A stretch of DNA of 64,000 nt from Albugo candida (taxonomy: Eukaryota). The DNA lies in the NCBI GenBank assembly GCA_040437565.1, contig JBDOQK010000040.1, positions 248,001 to 312,000 on the forward strand. Reading direction: 5' to 3'. Below, piece by piece: positions 39,851-53,116 of the stretch (positions within the stretch are counted from its first letter, which is position 1; each line of letters opens with the position of its first letter). The notes beneath the pieces are model-generated. The model searched no databases. It was given only the letters and a program-made list of their open reading frames with translations, and was not told where the DNA came from. The position numbers were made by a program, and so were the translations under genes.

Positions 39851-42299
39851 GCTAGAAACTAGCAAGTCTCTTGATAAAATTGAAGCGCACTTGCAGGAGG
39901 ATAATCACTAGATAAATCAGCTGCATTAGGAAGTTCAATCAGCATAGAACATAAAGAAGCAAGATCGATGGTGTGAAGCTCCAAGAATCGGCTAGATGTA
40001 TTCCGGCTAGCTATCTTTTAAGTTCAATTGATAAAAAACCTCACGAAGCGGACTGTGAACTGCGGATTGCTGCAGTGAATTTCGATATTCAAGCAATTAA
40101 CTAACAAGTCACATCATCAGGTCTGATGCCAGTAGCTTTTGGATTGAGCCAAACGACTGTTTGTGCACGCTTGATATTCGTCACTCTAACACTTTACCTC
40201 TTTGCATCAGTCAACGCAATTGAGCATGTTTTTTTAGCATTCTCTCTTAGATGTCAAACGTGCAGACAAAATGTTACCTGACTAAATAGTGGCAAATCCT
40301 GAAGTGCGTTTTTCATGCATGCTTGTTATCTTCCTCTTACTTCTTCCTATATTATTAAACTCCCTTGTTTGGCAGGTTCGTTTCTTGTGTGAATTTGTTA
40401 CAAAACCACCGCGCCTGGATCAGCTCTAACAGAAAGTTCATAAAACTCCTGAAACAGTTGTTAGCAAATCCATGAAACTTGAAATGACGATGACACCTTT
40501 CTACAGTCCTCAATTTCTTTCGGTCTTTTTTTATGAATTGTTTTTTTTCATTTGCGTAACGGTAGCTACTGTTGGAAATCGATGAATGATTAGTTACGGC
40601 ATCTCTTCAGATACCACAATACTCATAGCGGTGAACAAGTGAAAATAGATACCTATATTTCATAAAGAATTAATTCGTTAAGTCGATCAATACTTCATAT
40701 GTTCTTAGCCTTGCGTGGATATAAAAAAAAGATGTGGGGAGAGATGAAATGAAAGACATCAGAGTCTACGTTCTCTTCAAAGGATTGAGGTTGATCAAAA
40801 TCTCTAATTTGCGATTTTTTTGTTTCTCCAAAAAACGGTTCCCAACAAGAAGGACGGATTTGTATTATAATTACGAGCTTTTCCACGGCTGCCTCGAGTT
40901 CGTATCATTGCACTCTAGCATTCGCTCACTCCTGACTGGTTCTTTATTCGGTGGATTGATTACTGGATAGAGCAGATCCTTTGGGTAACGAATGTGCATC
41001 TGGTGCGGTCTTGTGCGATAATGTTAATGGTTTGGACCTGCGCTATTGCAGAGACGACAATGCGCAATTCTGAAAAGACTTAGTTCGTTGTAAGGAATGG
41101 TGGGAGACAGTTGGGTGTACGATATCGATACGAGAGCAGTTTTCCAGCGTAATTATAAAATCAAAGCATGTTTAAGTAATCAATAGGCTCTGGACGGCGG
41201 ATATTGTGGCCGAATAGCTTCCGTCGAGACTTCTTCAAATGGATTTGGAGTGGTTTCATGTTGTAGCGCTTGTAGAGATCCGTGCCTCTTATTTCTGGGG
41301 ATACTGAAAACGGAGGATGCGGCGCATATGGTGGCGATGATACGCCTCAAGGCTATTAATGTCGCGGTCTTGAAACCCCATGTGCCATAGTTGAATAGCA
41401 AATTAGGTACCACATAGAAATTGTACAAGCGAGCGGGTAATGTATACGATCGGTTTATTGCAATCGCAGCTGGATTGAGTTACTTTGAATGACCGGCCTC
41501 ATAGGCCTTAAGAATACACCTTGAACCTACATGGATCCTTATTATTGGGGAGAGCCTTGATCTTTGTGGTGCAGAACACGAATGCTGCGTTCAGATGAAA
41601 ATTATGTTTTTCATCCCGTGTTGGAGGAATGAGACGCAACCTGGTTAGCGCATTTTTATTGGTCAAATACTCTTCGAGGGATGGTGAAAGTAGCTCTGGC
41701 TGGTTGAAGTCAACGAGAAAAATGAGAACTGTTACAAAAGTCTTTTCAACATACCACTTCGTGTCTTCCTGAAATGCAGCAGTGTATCTATAAAGAAGAA
41801 TACCTCGTATACCTCCTCTAATATCATTGATCGATGTTCGAAACGCACTTCAAGTGTCCGCTCTCGGTATATTAGGGCAAAAGCGATCTTGGAACTTTGA
41901 TTCTATCGGAAGGAGTGCTGACGCGTTATGGTCATTCATATAGGTGTATCTGCAAGTACTCCTTCCTTCAGTCAAGGTGATCATACGTATGTGGCCCAAA
42001 CCTTAAGGCTGCTTATAAAACGACTTCCAATCTTAGTATTTTACTAAAGAGTATATATTATCACACGTGAAGGGAATGTGTAAGGTGTGTCACGGCAAGT
42101 TACTTGTATGACCTTGGGTTTGTTACAGCTGGCGCTATTGGGCTGCAGTTTCTCGTGACTGACGGTTTCACATATGGCGACATAAATTATATAAACCACT
42201 TGACTTATAGTTCTTTCATCACGCTTCAATTCTCTGTTGATTCTTTGTTACTTACATTAAACTAGTTCTTTGAAGTTTCTACTTTTGTTGCGTGTTCCC

Positions 42300-44133
42300 A
42301 CAACTGTCCATTTATATCGCATTCTTCTCACAACAGTTTTGGACACAAGCAACGTCATCTACGTGCTTTCTCCTCTTCCTCAAATTGGGAATATTTGAAC
42401 CTGCAGTTGTTATCGGTCATTTCGATGGAAGTGCAACTGATAAATTTATAACTTGACTTTGCAACAATTCTTTTGGATATTGCACTTCTATAAGATGGTA
42501 TGAATAATATAAGAACAAAGAGTCTCATCATAGACACGACTGTGTCGCCAAATATTCTCGCTGAACGTGCCATTGCTGATTAATTTTTGGACTAATGCAT
42601 CTCCGTCACTTGATGTGCGTAGTATGCAGGATGAAACGTTTACTTCCTTCTCTCATTTTTTGAGAAAGCCGAATTCCAAGGCTTGTATGAAGAAGGCGAT
42701 TGTGTCAGTGCAGTTACTTTAATTGTTGCTATAGTGTCAATTTTTAGCACTGGGCTCGCATAGACCCACGTGAATGAGCTGGACAGGGATCTCAATATTA
42801 TATGAACGGTAAGAGTATCGCCAATCTCCTTACTCTACAATCTCTATTCTACCTTTCGACAACACTACTATAGAGCGCTTGTTGATAAGTACAATACGAA
42901 AGCTTGTCACTCAAGCCATTTAAATAAATCATGTATTTTTGCCCTCATTCCAATGGGAATTCTTATGAGCATGCAAGCTCTACAAGAGTATAATAAATGA
43001 ATTGATGATGCCTTTAAATTACTGTGTCTACGCTGCCGTTCCACTACCCGAACCTTTTTATCATATTTGCGCAACAATATCATTCTTAACTTTCTTTGGA
43101 CGATATGATCTAGCATTATTTGAGCAATCCCTAGCAAAAAAAAATGAAACAAGCTGAAGTTCGATCAACCCTCACTCTCTGCTCAATTCTCTAGCTATCC
43201 GATGCTGGACTACCTTCATTAATTGTAAAAGACAAATTCGGAGCACGCAGTTCACAAGGGTATGAGCAATAGCAATTCCCTACTGAGCACTCACCATCAC
43301 CTGCTACTTATACGTTTCCTTCGGTATCCATTTGCATTATCGCAAGAAAGACCCTCCCAAGTCAGCTGTCTCGCCGCGCAATCGCTGATTTACGAGTTTT
43401 CATTCGCCATAATGTTTGTTTGTTTCACAGCATAACAAAAACGCATTAGTTTGAAGGTGATATTGAAAATGGTCGCGATGCCCCTAAGGTGAATGATAGA
43501 CTTCTGCTTGAACGTACTGCGTCCACGATGTTTCCATTTTCTTGATAACATGACGTGCTGAGCAAATCCCGTACTTAGATCTTGCTTTGCTGGCAATCAT
43601 CACGGCACTTGAAATACCATGCGTCTATCTTCATTGCATATGAAATTTTACTGAAACAAATGGACCCAGAATTTATTATCAAAGTTGTCTGCACCTTCTA
43701 GACTAAACAGTAGTGGAATGGCGTGGATGATAAGTACAATAATATCGGGTTGTCTCATGTGCAACAATATCAAAACACTTGTGGAATCGAAAAAAGGTTT
43801 GCGAGGATCGATGTAATGGAGCAGTCGCGTATTTCGAGCGCACCAAGGTTTTGGCACGGCGGCCTGAATGCTTTTCTAGAAGAGGTAGCTTATGGCATGA
43901 CCCCTCCAGCGATCGATCGAACATCTTTACAGATTGCGCTTATATTAGCTCATGCCGCCCTTACTGCACTGTTTGAACCGTCTATCCAAAATCCAATTTT
44001 GAGCGTGGTTAAAAAGTTAAATGCAACGAATTATCAATCTGACAGAGGAAATAACAAATATACGCGATATGGTCGGAACATAGGAGGAAAGATGGTAAAC
44101 GCGTTTCGCTGTAAAGCTTGCGCAGCGAGCTGA
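42300..44133 (+). pseudogene. Decayed host gene, inverted paralog of 1-1080
   Basis: DNA similarity to the reverse complement of 40-900; broken ORFs. Confidence 0.55.
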
Positions 44134-45249
44134 TAAAATTTGTTCGTATGATCACCGTGCCAACTGGTACATTAAACGGATAAGTAAGGTGGATTAGATT
44201 GACTGCATGCAATCGTGATGAAAACTACGAACGATACTCCTGTTTCCAGTACAACTGCTATCAACATGTCAGAAGAATTACCTTCTTGATTTCTTACCTT
44301 CTCTCAGCAGTCAACCGAGAAAGCCCAATCCGATCCACACAATAGAATTTCGAGACCTATGCAGGAATGTTCCGGTTTGCTACGGTATGTCATGTTTGCC
44401 AAGACCCTCAAATTGTTGCCAAATAAATCATTCGCAGTTATCAACGTAGGTGACACTTCAGTGCGGGGCTCTTTCACATAGTTCTAGTGTGATATGCATC
44501 CGGAAGGCGGACTTTTAAGGCCACTTCCGATGGTTTCCGCTAAGAAGCCCGGCTTGGAGATCCCTAGATGCTCCGGTACAGATCCTATGTCACCTTTGCA
44601 CAATTTTGATTATTTGATCTAATGATAGCCCGATTTATCGATCTGGAAGCTTTTTGAGCAAGAAAGACTTATATGCGGTACCCTCCGGATAAGATTGTCC
44701 GCCCCCGAATTAGTACAACTTTATGAAACAAATACTTTGACTTCCGCAGCATGGTACACACACCTGATGAGTCATCTGCACATAAAATTTGGTACAAAAC
44801 TTCTACAGGATTCAACGCTGCAATCATACATAAAAATTTCTGAATGATAGTTTTATGGTAAAAAAAACCTACTTAAAAAATACATGCTACCAGCGAGTGG
44901 AACCTCCTTTTTCTCTAATAACTGCTTTTATCCTCTCTCTGGGATGGACTTAAAAAGATGCTGTAGCCACTCTGGATCAATAGCAGAACATGTCTGTTTA
45001 AGTTGAAGCTACTGTTCTTTGCTGTTCATGTATGTCCATACATCCTCAATGAAATTGAGATCTGGTGAGTTTGCAGACCAATCTGGCTTGCCCATGCTGC
45101 GGTCGTCACACCATTTTCTGGGCGCTTTTGCGCGATGGACAGGCGCACCATCTTCCATGAGTATGGCACCAGGGCGAGCATACTCAGTTAAGGGTGTTCG
45201 CTCGTAGTACTTTTTAATTAGACACCGTTCTGTTACTACAGTTTGGTGG

Positions 45250-45506
45250 TTAGCTACTCTATTCTAATCACTAGTATGTAACGCTCTGAAGAGCCCGGTC
45301 CAACTCCTGTACACTTATTTTCTGGTGTAGTTTCCAGCGGGCTTGACACGTCCATATCTTCATTGATTAGGTTGATTTTTAACGTGAAGGAATCTTTGCC
45401 TCCGCCGAAGGGCCCGCCGGCAGCCCTTTTTCCACCGCCGGGATTCGAACCGGGGTACACACGGTCAGAAAACATGTGTACTATCCGCTAAGCCCCCCGA
45501 CGGGGT
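45250..45506 (-). mobile_element. tRNA-derived SINE (tRNA-Glu/Gln-like head)
   Basis: Minus strand reads CCCGTCGGGGGGCTTAGCGGATAG...CCCCGGTTCGAATCCCGGCGGTGGAA, with an A box and a perfect B box, followed by a non-tRNA body. The 3' boundary is approximate. Confidence 0.7.
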
Positions 45507-45525
45507 CTGTTGACCCTAGCTCAGT

Positions 45526-46912
45526 TGAAGGTGTCTATATTACTAGAATTAGACTAACTGACTTCTCTAGTTGCCTAGGTTATCTTAAATAACATATATA
45601 CATATAAAAAACGTTTTGTGAAATACCTGTGGGAGATTGATAAGATGTCGTCTCGTTGATAATTCCGTATCGTAGTAGCCCTCAGCATCCTTAGTACGAG
45701 ACTGTGTCCAGCTTGTTAATGCCGTAAAGTTGTAAAGTTGTAAAGTTGTAAAAGTGGTCCAAAAGTGCCGTGGTTTGCAAATTGCTGTGTGCCACACTAC
45801 GGTGAGCATAACCAGCCAACTAGGACAAGGATCTGAGTTGTACTTGCATTTTGACTTGTCTGTGCCGTACCCGCAGTAATGATCTTCGGCTACTGAAAAA
45901 TGCACCAAATGATCCTTGCGTTGCGAATTGATCCAGCACCTTTGCAAGCCGAACGCGTTCCTCGTGGTCATAACACTGTCTTCGAAAGTACCGAACGTGC
46001 GCACTAAACGTGGTGTAGATCACGGAAAGGGCTGGAACTGTCGGAGTTGCAGATCGCTGATCGAACAAACGACGATTCCGATCTTACCATATGAAGTGCA
46101 GTGTCACCGCTTGCAATGCTAGTCATAAATCTGCGATAATGTCGAAATAGTCTTTCCAATCCGACCGTTCTGTTGGTACGATTGAACATAAAATATGCGT
46201 CCAACGCGGTCGAGAGGAGAAAAACTGATCCCAACTAGGGAGTAACTCCCTCCATAACTGTGCCGTGTGATCGCACTCTAAAAAGAGATGTTGATCGGAT
46301 TCCACTGCCCCATACGAAGGCTGCGTGCACAATATGATGTCGGGCTGAATATCCTTNNNNNNNNNNNNNNNNNNNNNNNNNNNNNNNNNNNNNNNNNNNN
46401 NNNNNNNNNNNNNNNNNNNNNNNNNNNNNNNNNNNNNNNNNNNNNNNNNNNNNNNNGTGTGATCGCACTCTAAAAAGAGATGTTGATCGGATTCCACTGC
46501 CCCATACGAAGGCTGCGTGCACAATATGATGTCGGGCTGAATATCCTTCAAGAACCAGAAACGAGATCGAACTGGCAGCATTCGGAAGGCTAGACGTGAT
46601 GTAGCCATAAAAGTTCGAACTCGTTCTGAATCCAGTGCGCCCGATCTCTCCCGTGATGACCAATGTGTCGACATCGGATGACTCTTGGTTGGTTCGGGAG
46701 GTTTCCAGACGATTCGGGATAGTTGTGAGCGTGAAATAGATGGAAAATAATGTTTCCTTTCCGTGCTTTTTACTCCCACATAAAACGATCTGCCACTTGT
46801 GGTTGGTATAATCGAAGTGATGATACCAGTCTTCGAGTGTATACGCTGGAGAATCTGAGTGACTTCATTGTAAAGTCGACTCAGCAACTTTTCTTCAGCC
46901 ATATCCGATGTC
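45526..46912 (-). mobile_element. 5'-truncated LINE (ORF2 C-terminal zinc-binding region plus 3' UTR)
   Basis: 14-bp TSD GACCCTAGCTCAGT at 45512-45525 and 46913-46926; RLAFRMLPVR...C...ESDQHLFLEC..TAQLW (zf-RVT-like); same family as 22750-24380. Confidence 0.85.
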
Positions 46913-49068
46913 GACCCTAGCTCAGTCAGTTGAGCACGCGGGCCCCCTGCCAGACGTCGGTAGTTCTATCCCAGCAACTGTGGGCAGCGGTTTGAGCCCA
47001 CCCAAGCAGAAATCTTGAGAAATATCTGCCTCCATAGGTTTCTAGTCAGACTTCAGTGATATTCACACGGTCGGAAGCTCATGATAGGATAAGAAAGGTA
47101 GTTAAAGAACAAGATAAAACATTGTAATGAAATTTATGAGTATGGCACTTCCAGCATTGAGAAGGCCTTCCCAGAAGCCAGCCAACTCACCATCGTGACC
47201 TGGTGTGACAAAGGCAGCTGCTGTACAACGATTTGGTGCCATAAGCACAAGCTAGCTTCTCTTGCTATCCTGGAAGGCACCTCAGACCATTACTGAAGAA
47301 CTCCTTGACTTCTAAGAAGGTACCAAGCAGTCTGTCAGGTACCTCTCATTGGTAGATCGCCTGACCAAAAGTAGGCGAAAAAGCTTTCCAATATTAAAGC
47401 TGGCCTCATCAATCCAGCAGATTGATTTCCAGAACTCCATGGTGGAATTCTGGGATCTTTTTGCAAAGTCGCGACTCTTAGCAGTGTGTGGCTTGTTTAA
47501 AAATGGTTTTTCTAAACCCCCACTCGAGCAAACAGAGAAGCGACATGTAAAGACTCTCGCATTGCATTCTGACCAGCTATATTTGGTATGTTGGTGGTAA
47601 TTTCGGCCAGAGTTGAACGTCTTGCACCCTTGGTGCTGCCAACAAGAGTTCTGACTTCCCTTCTGAAAGTTTTTTTCGGCCTTCCAAGACTTTTCTTTGG
47701 CAGAGCTGTGATTTCTTTATTGCACCTCTCCATGATGCGTCGCACCTACCGCTCATTTGTGCTGAACATGCAGGCAATTTTCACAAGGCTGCCTCATTCA
47801 ACAAGTGCGCAAACGTTCCTCAGCTGTTAAAGTATGTTTTTGTGCAGTTTCAGCAATATTTTAAAAATTCGAAGGTGAAGTAGTGGTTTGTTCAAGCGCA
47901 AGCTTGCGGTTTTGAGTCCAAAAAAATAAGAAAAGCGAACAATCATTTCTGGAGGGTACTACACAGTGGCAATTCTCAAGACATATGGATTTGGTCTATT
48001 GAGGTTTACGTTCTAACATGGTCCCTCTTCACCTTATGCATAATGGGTACATTGTATAAAAACGAGTTTGCAATCAAAACCACCATGGGATGCTCGATTA
48101 ATAAGCAGAACCACGATGTGTTTTGTGATCGTATAACACAATTCAGAGTCAGTTTGTTGGCATTGCAACGTGAAGTGAACATATGATCGGTGCCACGGGT
48201 CACTCAGTCCGAATTGAGCCTTTTGCTGCAACTCAAGTAAGAGCTAAATAATCGGCTGCACGTATGCTCGCAATTGATGATCTGGCTTAGTGGCGACGCC
48301 CTTTGATAGAAAATATGTGCTCCTTTGTGGTGCATTTCAAACGCGGCTTTCGTAATCAAGCTGATTTGAGTCTGCTTACATTGTCAAAATTAGGTCTCGG
48401 CAAGCAATGTTTCAGTAACGATAAATAGTGTGACAATCGGTTTATTCACGACACCGCACCTTGAATCGACAACAAAACGCAAAGCGGACTCGGTCTGTTT
48501 ATTTTCTATGAAGAAGTGTACGACTGTTACTCCAGTTGTGTCTTCCAGAATTGCATATTTTTTGTGTAAAGGTAAGTGGAAAAGTAAATTAACGGTTCAG
48601 ACTCGTTTTAGTACTGGCAAGATGATTTAAGTCAGAGAGTGATCCATATTATGCAAGAAGATAAATGGTAGGGAGCGATCAACATACTGGAGGTAAGAAA
48701 ACACAAGCGAAAATGATAATGAATATAGAAAGCGCGTACTGCAGATGTGCAATTAATTCCACACATTAATTGCAACATCGTACTGTGATCGTGATAAAGC
48801 TTCTGCACTTGTCGACCTCAAAGCACTCGAGTTAGTCGCCATAACCATTGAAACTTATGAACAACATCACTGTACTATCCTTTTGAACCCATCGTCGATG
48901 CGATATTCGAATGTATGAGAAACAACATGAGACAATCTGATGTGCTGGCGACGCAAAGTGTCGCAGCCTATTCTTGGCTCATGTTGCCTTTAGTTTACCA
49001 CAACGTGGTACTTCCGGCAAAGTACTATTTGTGGTTTCATATTAGATGAATGCGCTGCCACCCATTAA

Positions 49069-49083
49069 TCATTTTTGAATTTC
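49069..49083 (+). promoter_or_regulatory. Oomycete Inr/FPR-like core promoter motif
   Basis: TCATTTTTGAATTTC about 45-60 nt upstream of ATG 49128. Confidence 0.55.
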
Positions 49084-49127
49084 ATCAATTGAGCACACAT
49101 ACACAAACACACTTCCCTTCATAGAAT

Positions 49128-49886
49128 ATGACACGATTGTATCTGGTTGGCTTACTTGGCATTGGTGCGGCTGGAATGCATATAAAATACAATCAGATCG
49201 GACGCCTCCCGCTCCTAGTCAAACCTCTGGAACTATACAAAGATAAGGATCCTGTCTTATCGGCAGTCAAGTACGTGGAGAATAAAGACAAGCTAATTGA
49301 AGCAATTAAAGAATATACGATGACATACGAACGCATTATCTTGGACCAAGTAGATTTTTTTTTTAAAACGGATGCGGATGCCTCGAAATTCTGGAAAGAT
49401 CTTACCTTTTTGCCAGTCGAACCACATTCTATACAAGTATTTCTAAGGGACAAGCCATCACACTTTCTTGCTGATAAATTTCCTTCCTATCTGGTCGTGT
49501 TTTATTCCCACACCGCTTGGAATGAACTATACAATACTGTGAAACCCAGTCCCAAAACCGTTGATCTCGATCCTTCCAATCTCAGATCCATCATTTCCGA
49601 ACTTTCTAATTCCAAAGAAAACAAAACAGATAATTTTGCCCCGAGAGCCATTGACTACTTTACTAAAGGTCTGGAAGGAAAAACATTTTATATTGACTTT
49701 AAAGATCCTAACAAAAAGCTTGGAAGCAATCTGATTGAATCCGCAAGTCTTTCATCTGACCAAATTCATCTCAAAAATGGTGTCACTCCCAGTGATTTAA
49801 TTGTGAAGGAACAAAAGCGTTTCACTCGAGTCGAGAGTCCTGATATCGACCAACGATTTCAAGTCTACCAAATTGTAAATATCTGA
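49128..49886 (+). CDS. Intact 252-aa hypothetical protein with signal-peptide-like N-terminus (candidate secreted effector)
   Basis: Uninterrupted ATG-to-stop ORF; MTRLYLVGLLGIGAAG; upstream Inr-like motif; no cysteines and no recognisable domain. Confidence 0.75.
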   Translation: MTRLYLVGLLGIGAAGMHIKYNQIGRLPLLVKPLELYKDKDPVLSAVKYVENKDKLIEAIKEYTMTYERIILDQVDFFFKTDADASKFWKDLTFLPVEPHSIQVFLRDKPSHFLADKFPSYLVVFYSHTAWNELYNTVKPSPKTVDLDPSNLRSIISELSNSKENKTDNFAPRAIDYFTKGLEGKTFYIDFKDPNKKLGSNLIESASLSSDQIHLKNGVTPSDLIVKEQKRFTRVESPDIDQRFQVYQIVNI

Positions 49887-52800
49887 AAGTATCTAACAAG
49901 TACACTTCTCATGCTTCTAATCTGTTTTATCGCTTCTATGATACTGTTCTTTAAGCCCGATAACTATGATACTCACGCTGTGATATAGAAATCTTTAGTC
50001 TTATAAACTGCTCGATCAGCTAGTAAGACTCGTTCCGCCTTGAGATTTTTCACATTCATACACACGCGCCACCTTCGTATTATGTCCTCAATCCATTACA
50101 TCGCGCCTAGGCCCTATGATGTGATCAAGTCGAATTCATCACAGATAACGACAAATCTCGCTCGTTTTTCAACACCCACCAAACACGATGAGCCTAACCG
50201 CTCTTCTACAATCAATCCATTGCAAGCTTGCTCTCCTCAATCGTGTCGCTCTAGAACCGATGCCTCAATCTCTCTCGGAAGCTTACGTCTTAATTTGGAG
50301 TTCGGACTTCACGCCCGGTCCTGAAGTCAAAATCGATCTCACTATGTGGGGTGGTCGTTGACGCGCGCTCCTTTTTTGTAAAAAATAGCTCCAGTCCTTG
50401 AGGAGCGTTCTGAAAACACTTTTAGAGACGTACCGATCTGAAGGTTGAACTGTTTTAACAATGAAAATATTCATACTTTCCCAATTTTTTGTCGGCTGGT
50501 GATCCTCTCGTTTCAAAGCCTAGAATTCACTGATATATAAAGCGATAGCTAGTATAAGCCAGTTATGGTTTCTCGAAGCTCAGTCTGCATCAATATCGAT
50601 AAAGGCGCTTGCATCATGACTCGAGGTCACGGGGATGTCACACACTCAGTTCACCGAGCGAAGTCAAGATCTATGTGCAGTAGCCACACGAACACTTGCT
50701 TTTTGCGAATAGTTGCAATCAGAATTACCCAACAACATTGCAGTGGTTGTGAAGAACGTATTTGATACCCTGATTTCGTGCATCCCGCGTTCAAGCATCA
50801 TTTGTGGCCCCAGCATCATACGTTCACTGTATCTGGCTGCTATGTGTATGGAAGCAGATCGGGAATCATCGATGAGTTCTTCATGTCTTCTATGCTGTGT
50901 TGATGTGATCAGTAATATGCCGTATTTGTAAGGATACGGCTACAAAGGAAGATATTTTGAAGCTGCCAAAGAAATGCGTCAAGTTACGTCATCTAAATCG
51001 TTCGCATGGAGAATCATTACTTCGACATACCTAGTCCAAGCTCAATTCACTACGTACTTGTGCGTAGCGATATATTCCTATCCTTTATACAACGTGATTC
51101 AGGTCATTTAAGGTGTCGCATCATCCAGTGGCAACGCCCAGAATGAGATCCCCCAATAATAGTTGTTGACCATAGCATTCATGAGTATCAATTGCGTCAA
51201 TCTGGGAAGAGTTTCATCATGATGTACACTGGTGAGCTGAGAATTCCGTGTGACTCCATGATAAGCATTTGAGTTTGTCGATTGAGAAGGGGAAAATTAT
51301 GAGAGGACGAGCTATTTCCTTGACGTTCCTTTCTGTTTTCTGCTTACACTGTACCTCTTTTTATCGACAATTGATCTTTTAACGCGGTTTCCTTGCCTTT
51401 GGCGCCTCCCATGTGATCTGTGATGCTCATATGGGAGAATTGACGTATTATAATCCTGATGCGGTCAATCGACTTCTTTATCATTCGCCCTACCTACTTT
51501 GAATTGTTCACGATCAACACTTCTTTCAGGCTGATCTTTTTATGGATATATTGATGCTTACTCTCGTCGCCTTTTTCATGTACATTTGATATCTCTGAGT
51601 TGGTTGACTCTACCCGTCATTTTCCCTTTTCCGGAATCGAAAGACTCAATTTTGAGCATTACATTTATGAAAGCTGCATTTATGCAGCTTCAATGCCTTT
51701 TTTTCGAAAATTCATTTATCCTAGTTATGAAAGTGGACATACATGCTTTTATGGCGATGTTAAGCTTTTTCCGTTCGGCGGCAGAAAACGAATCTTGTTT
51801 ATCGCTCGACGCGTTGTCCGTATATGCTTTTTTGCAAGACTTCTACCAATACTAGATACAACTCATCGACTTCCATATTTTCCCATCCAACGTTCCTCCT
51901 TCATTTCTTCTAGCCAGCTCCTAGACGTATTATCTCTGACTCGAGCAATGTTATTGGAGCGACGTTTTGTTAGTGTCCATTGATAGTATATGAAATGATG
52001 TCTAAAGATCGAGCTTTTATCTCCGAAGCAGAAACGGAGAGTTAGAAAAAGCTAATTGGCCTGTAATTGCGGGTTATCGATCACAACGACCAACTGTGTA
52101 AACAATTAGCATGAATGGATAATGCTAATGAATTACAGCGTTTCCGCAAAAAGGCATTTCACTTTCAATTGTGCGATCGGTATTGCGGCGATGAGATGTA
52201 GCGACCGATTATCTGATGCTTTGGTTCTGCGACCATGAGATATTTTTGATGAGTTCTCCAACAAATGCACATGTAAGGTCTATTTAAATTGCATTTATCG
52301 CAGATATATACGTTGAAGTTCCGGGACCCTTTGCGAGCGTTTTGGATGGGACACTGTACGTGTTGCATTCTAAACCAACGACATCAATTGTTCAAAATTG
52401 ACCTTCTCCGCGATAAAAGTGATCATCAATACCGTTTGATATTTCCTTCTCACAAACGTACGCTGTGTTGTATCGTCAGTTTATTGACATCCTAGGCCAA
52501 AAACTGTACATAGTCATTCCTCTTTTGTTTGAATGCCTTGCATGCTTTATTTCCTTTTATTACAGCCACGAAAAAAAAAATTGCGCAGCGTACGATCTTT
52601 CCCGTGGGGTGTTTTAAATATAGCCGATCTTAGGAAGACATGTGAGTAGTAGAGAAGGCTTTCTTCGCAAGTATTCTCGGTGAAATGTATCTCGAGTATA
52701 AAAAATCATAGCAAACTCGCAAGAAGGCAGTCTATCAAATATCAACGTGATTAAGTCAATTCGTTTGCACTTGTGCAAATGAGCCATCCAGAAATATCAT

Positions 52801-53116
52801 CTACGACATGTAATCATTCACAGCATCGAATTTTTTTCTGTTGTAAGTTCATCTATAGATCTTCCTGCAAAAATGGAGCTGTGTGACTTATTACGTCGCG
52901 TGCAATGAAAGCATCAAACTTGATGAAACTCCGACTTCCGTCTAATAAACGGAAATCCTTCTAGAAGATTCATGGTTAATCTTCATTGTGTATTTCGTGT
53001 AAACTTAGAAACGTAGTTCGCTTAGCGGAGATTATTGCCAAGCGTTTTTAGGAGACATCGATCATTCTTTTACTTGGATTTAAGAGTTGAAAGATTAACA
53101 TACAAGCTCTATATAT

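Larger units (their letters stand above)
45170..47135 (+). mobile_element. SINE-like retroposed insertion into the Tc1 transposase (itself interrupted)
   Basis: 13-bp TSD ATGAGTATGGCAC at 45157-45169 and 47136-47148; tRNA A-box-like TAGCTCAGTCAGTTGAGC (46918-46935) and B-box-like GGTTTGAGCCC (46989-46999); A-rich 3' end. Confidence 0.65.
44676..47961 (-). mobile_element. Tc1/mariner transposon (defective) hosting nested retro-insertions
   Basis: Imperfect TIRs cggtaccctccggataagattgtccgc / gcgaacaatcatttctggagggtacta; transposase remnants GRPKK, DEASF, VMV*GAF, MEDGAPVHR, WSANSPDLNFIEDVW. Confidence 0.85.

Noticed and set aside
45430-45506. Functional tRNA gene
   Set aside because: The anticodon arm is irregular and it sits in a transposon nest with a non-tRNA body; better explained as a SINE head.
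46266-46546. Repeated KDIQPDIILCTQ...LECDH peptide in the LINE ORF
   Set aside because: Gap-flanking overlap artefact.
50283-50560. Possible secreted-protein pseudogene or PLE ORF1-like fragment
   Set aside because: Only a short hydrophobic stretch with a stop; the similarity is not convincing.
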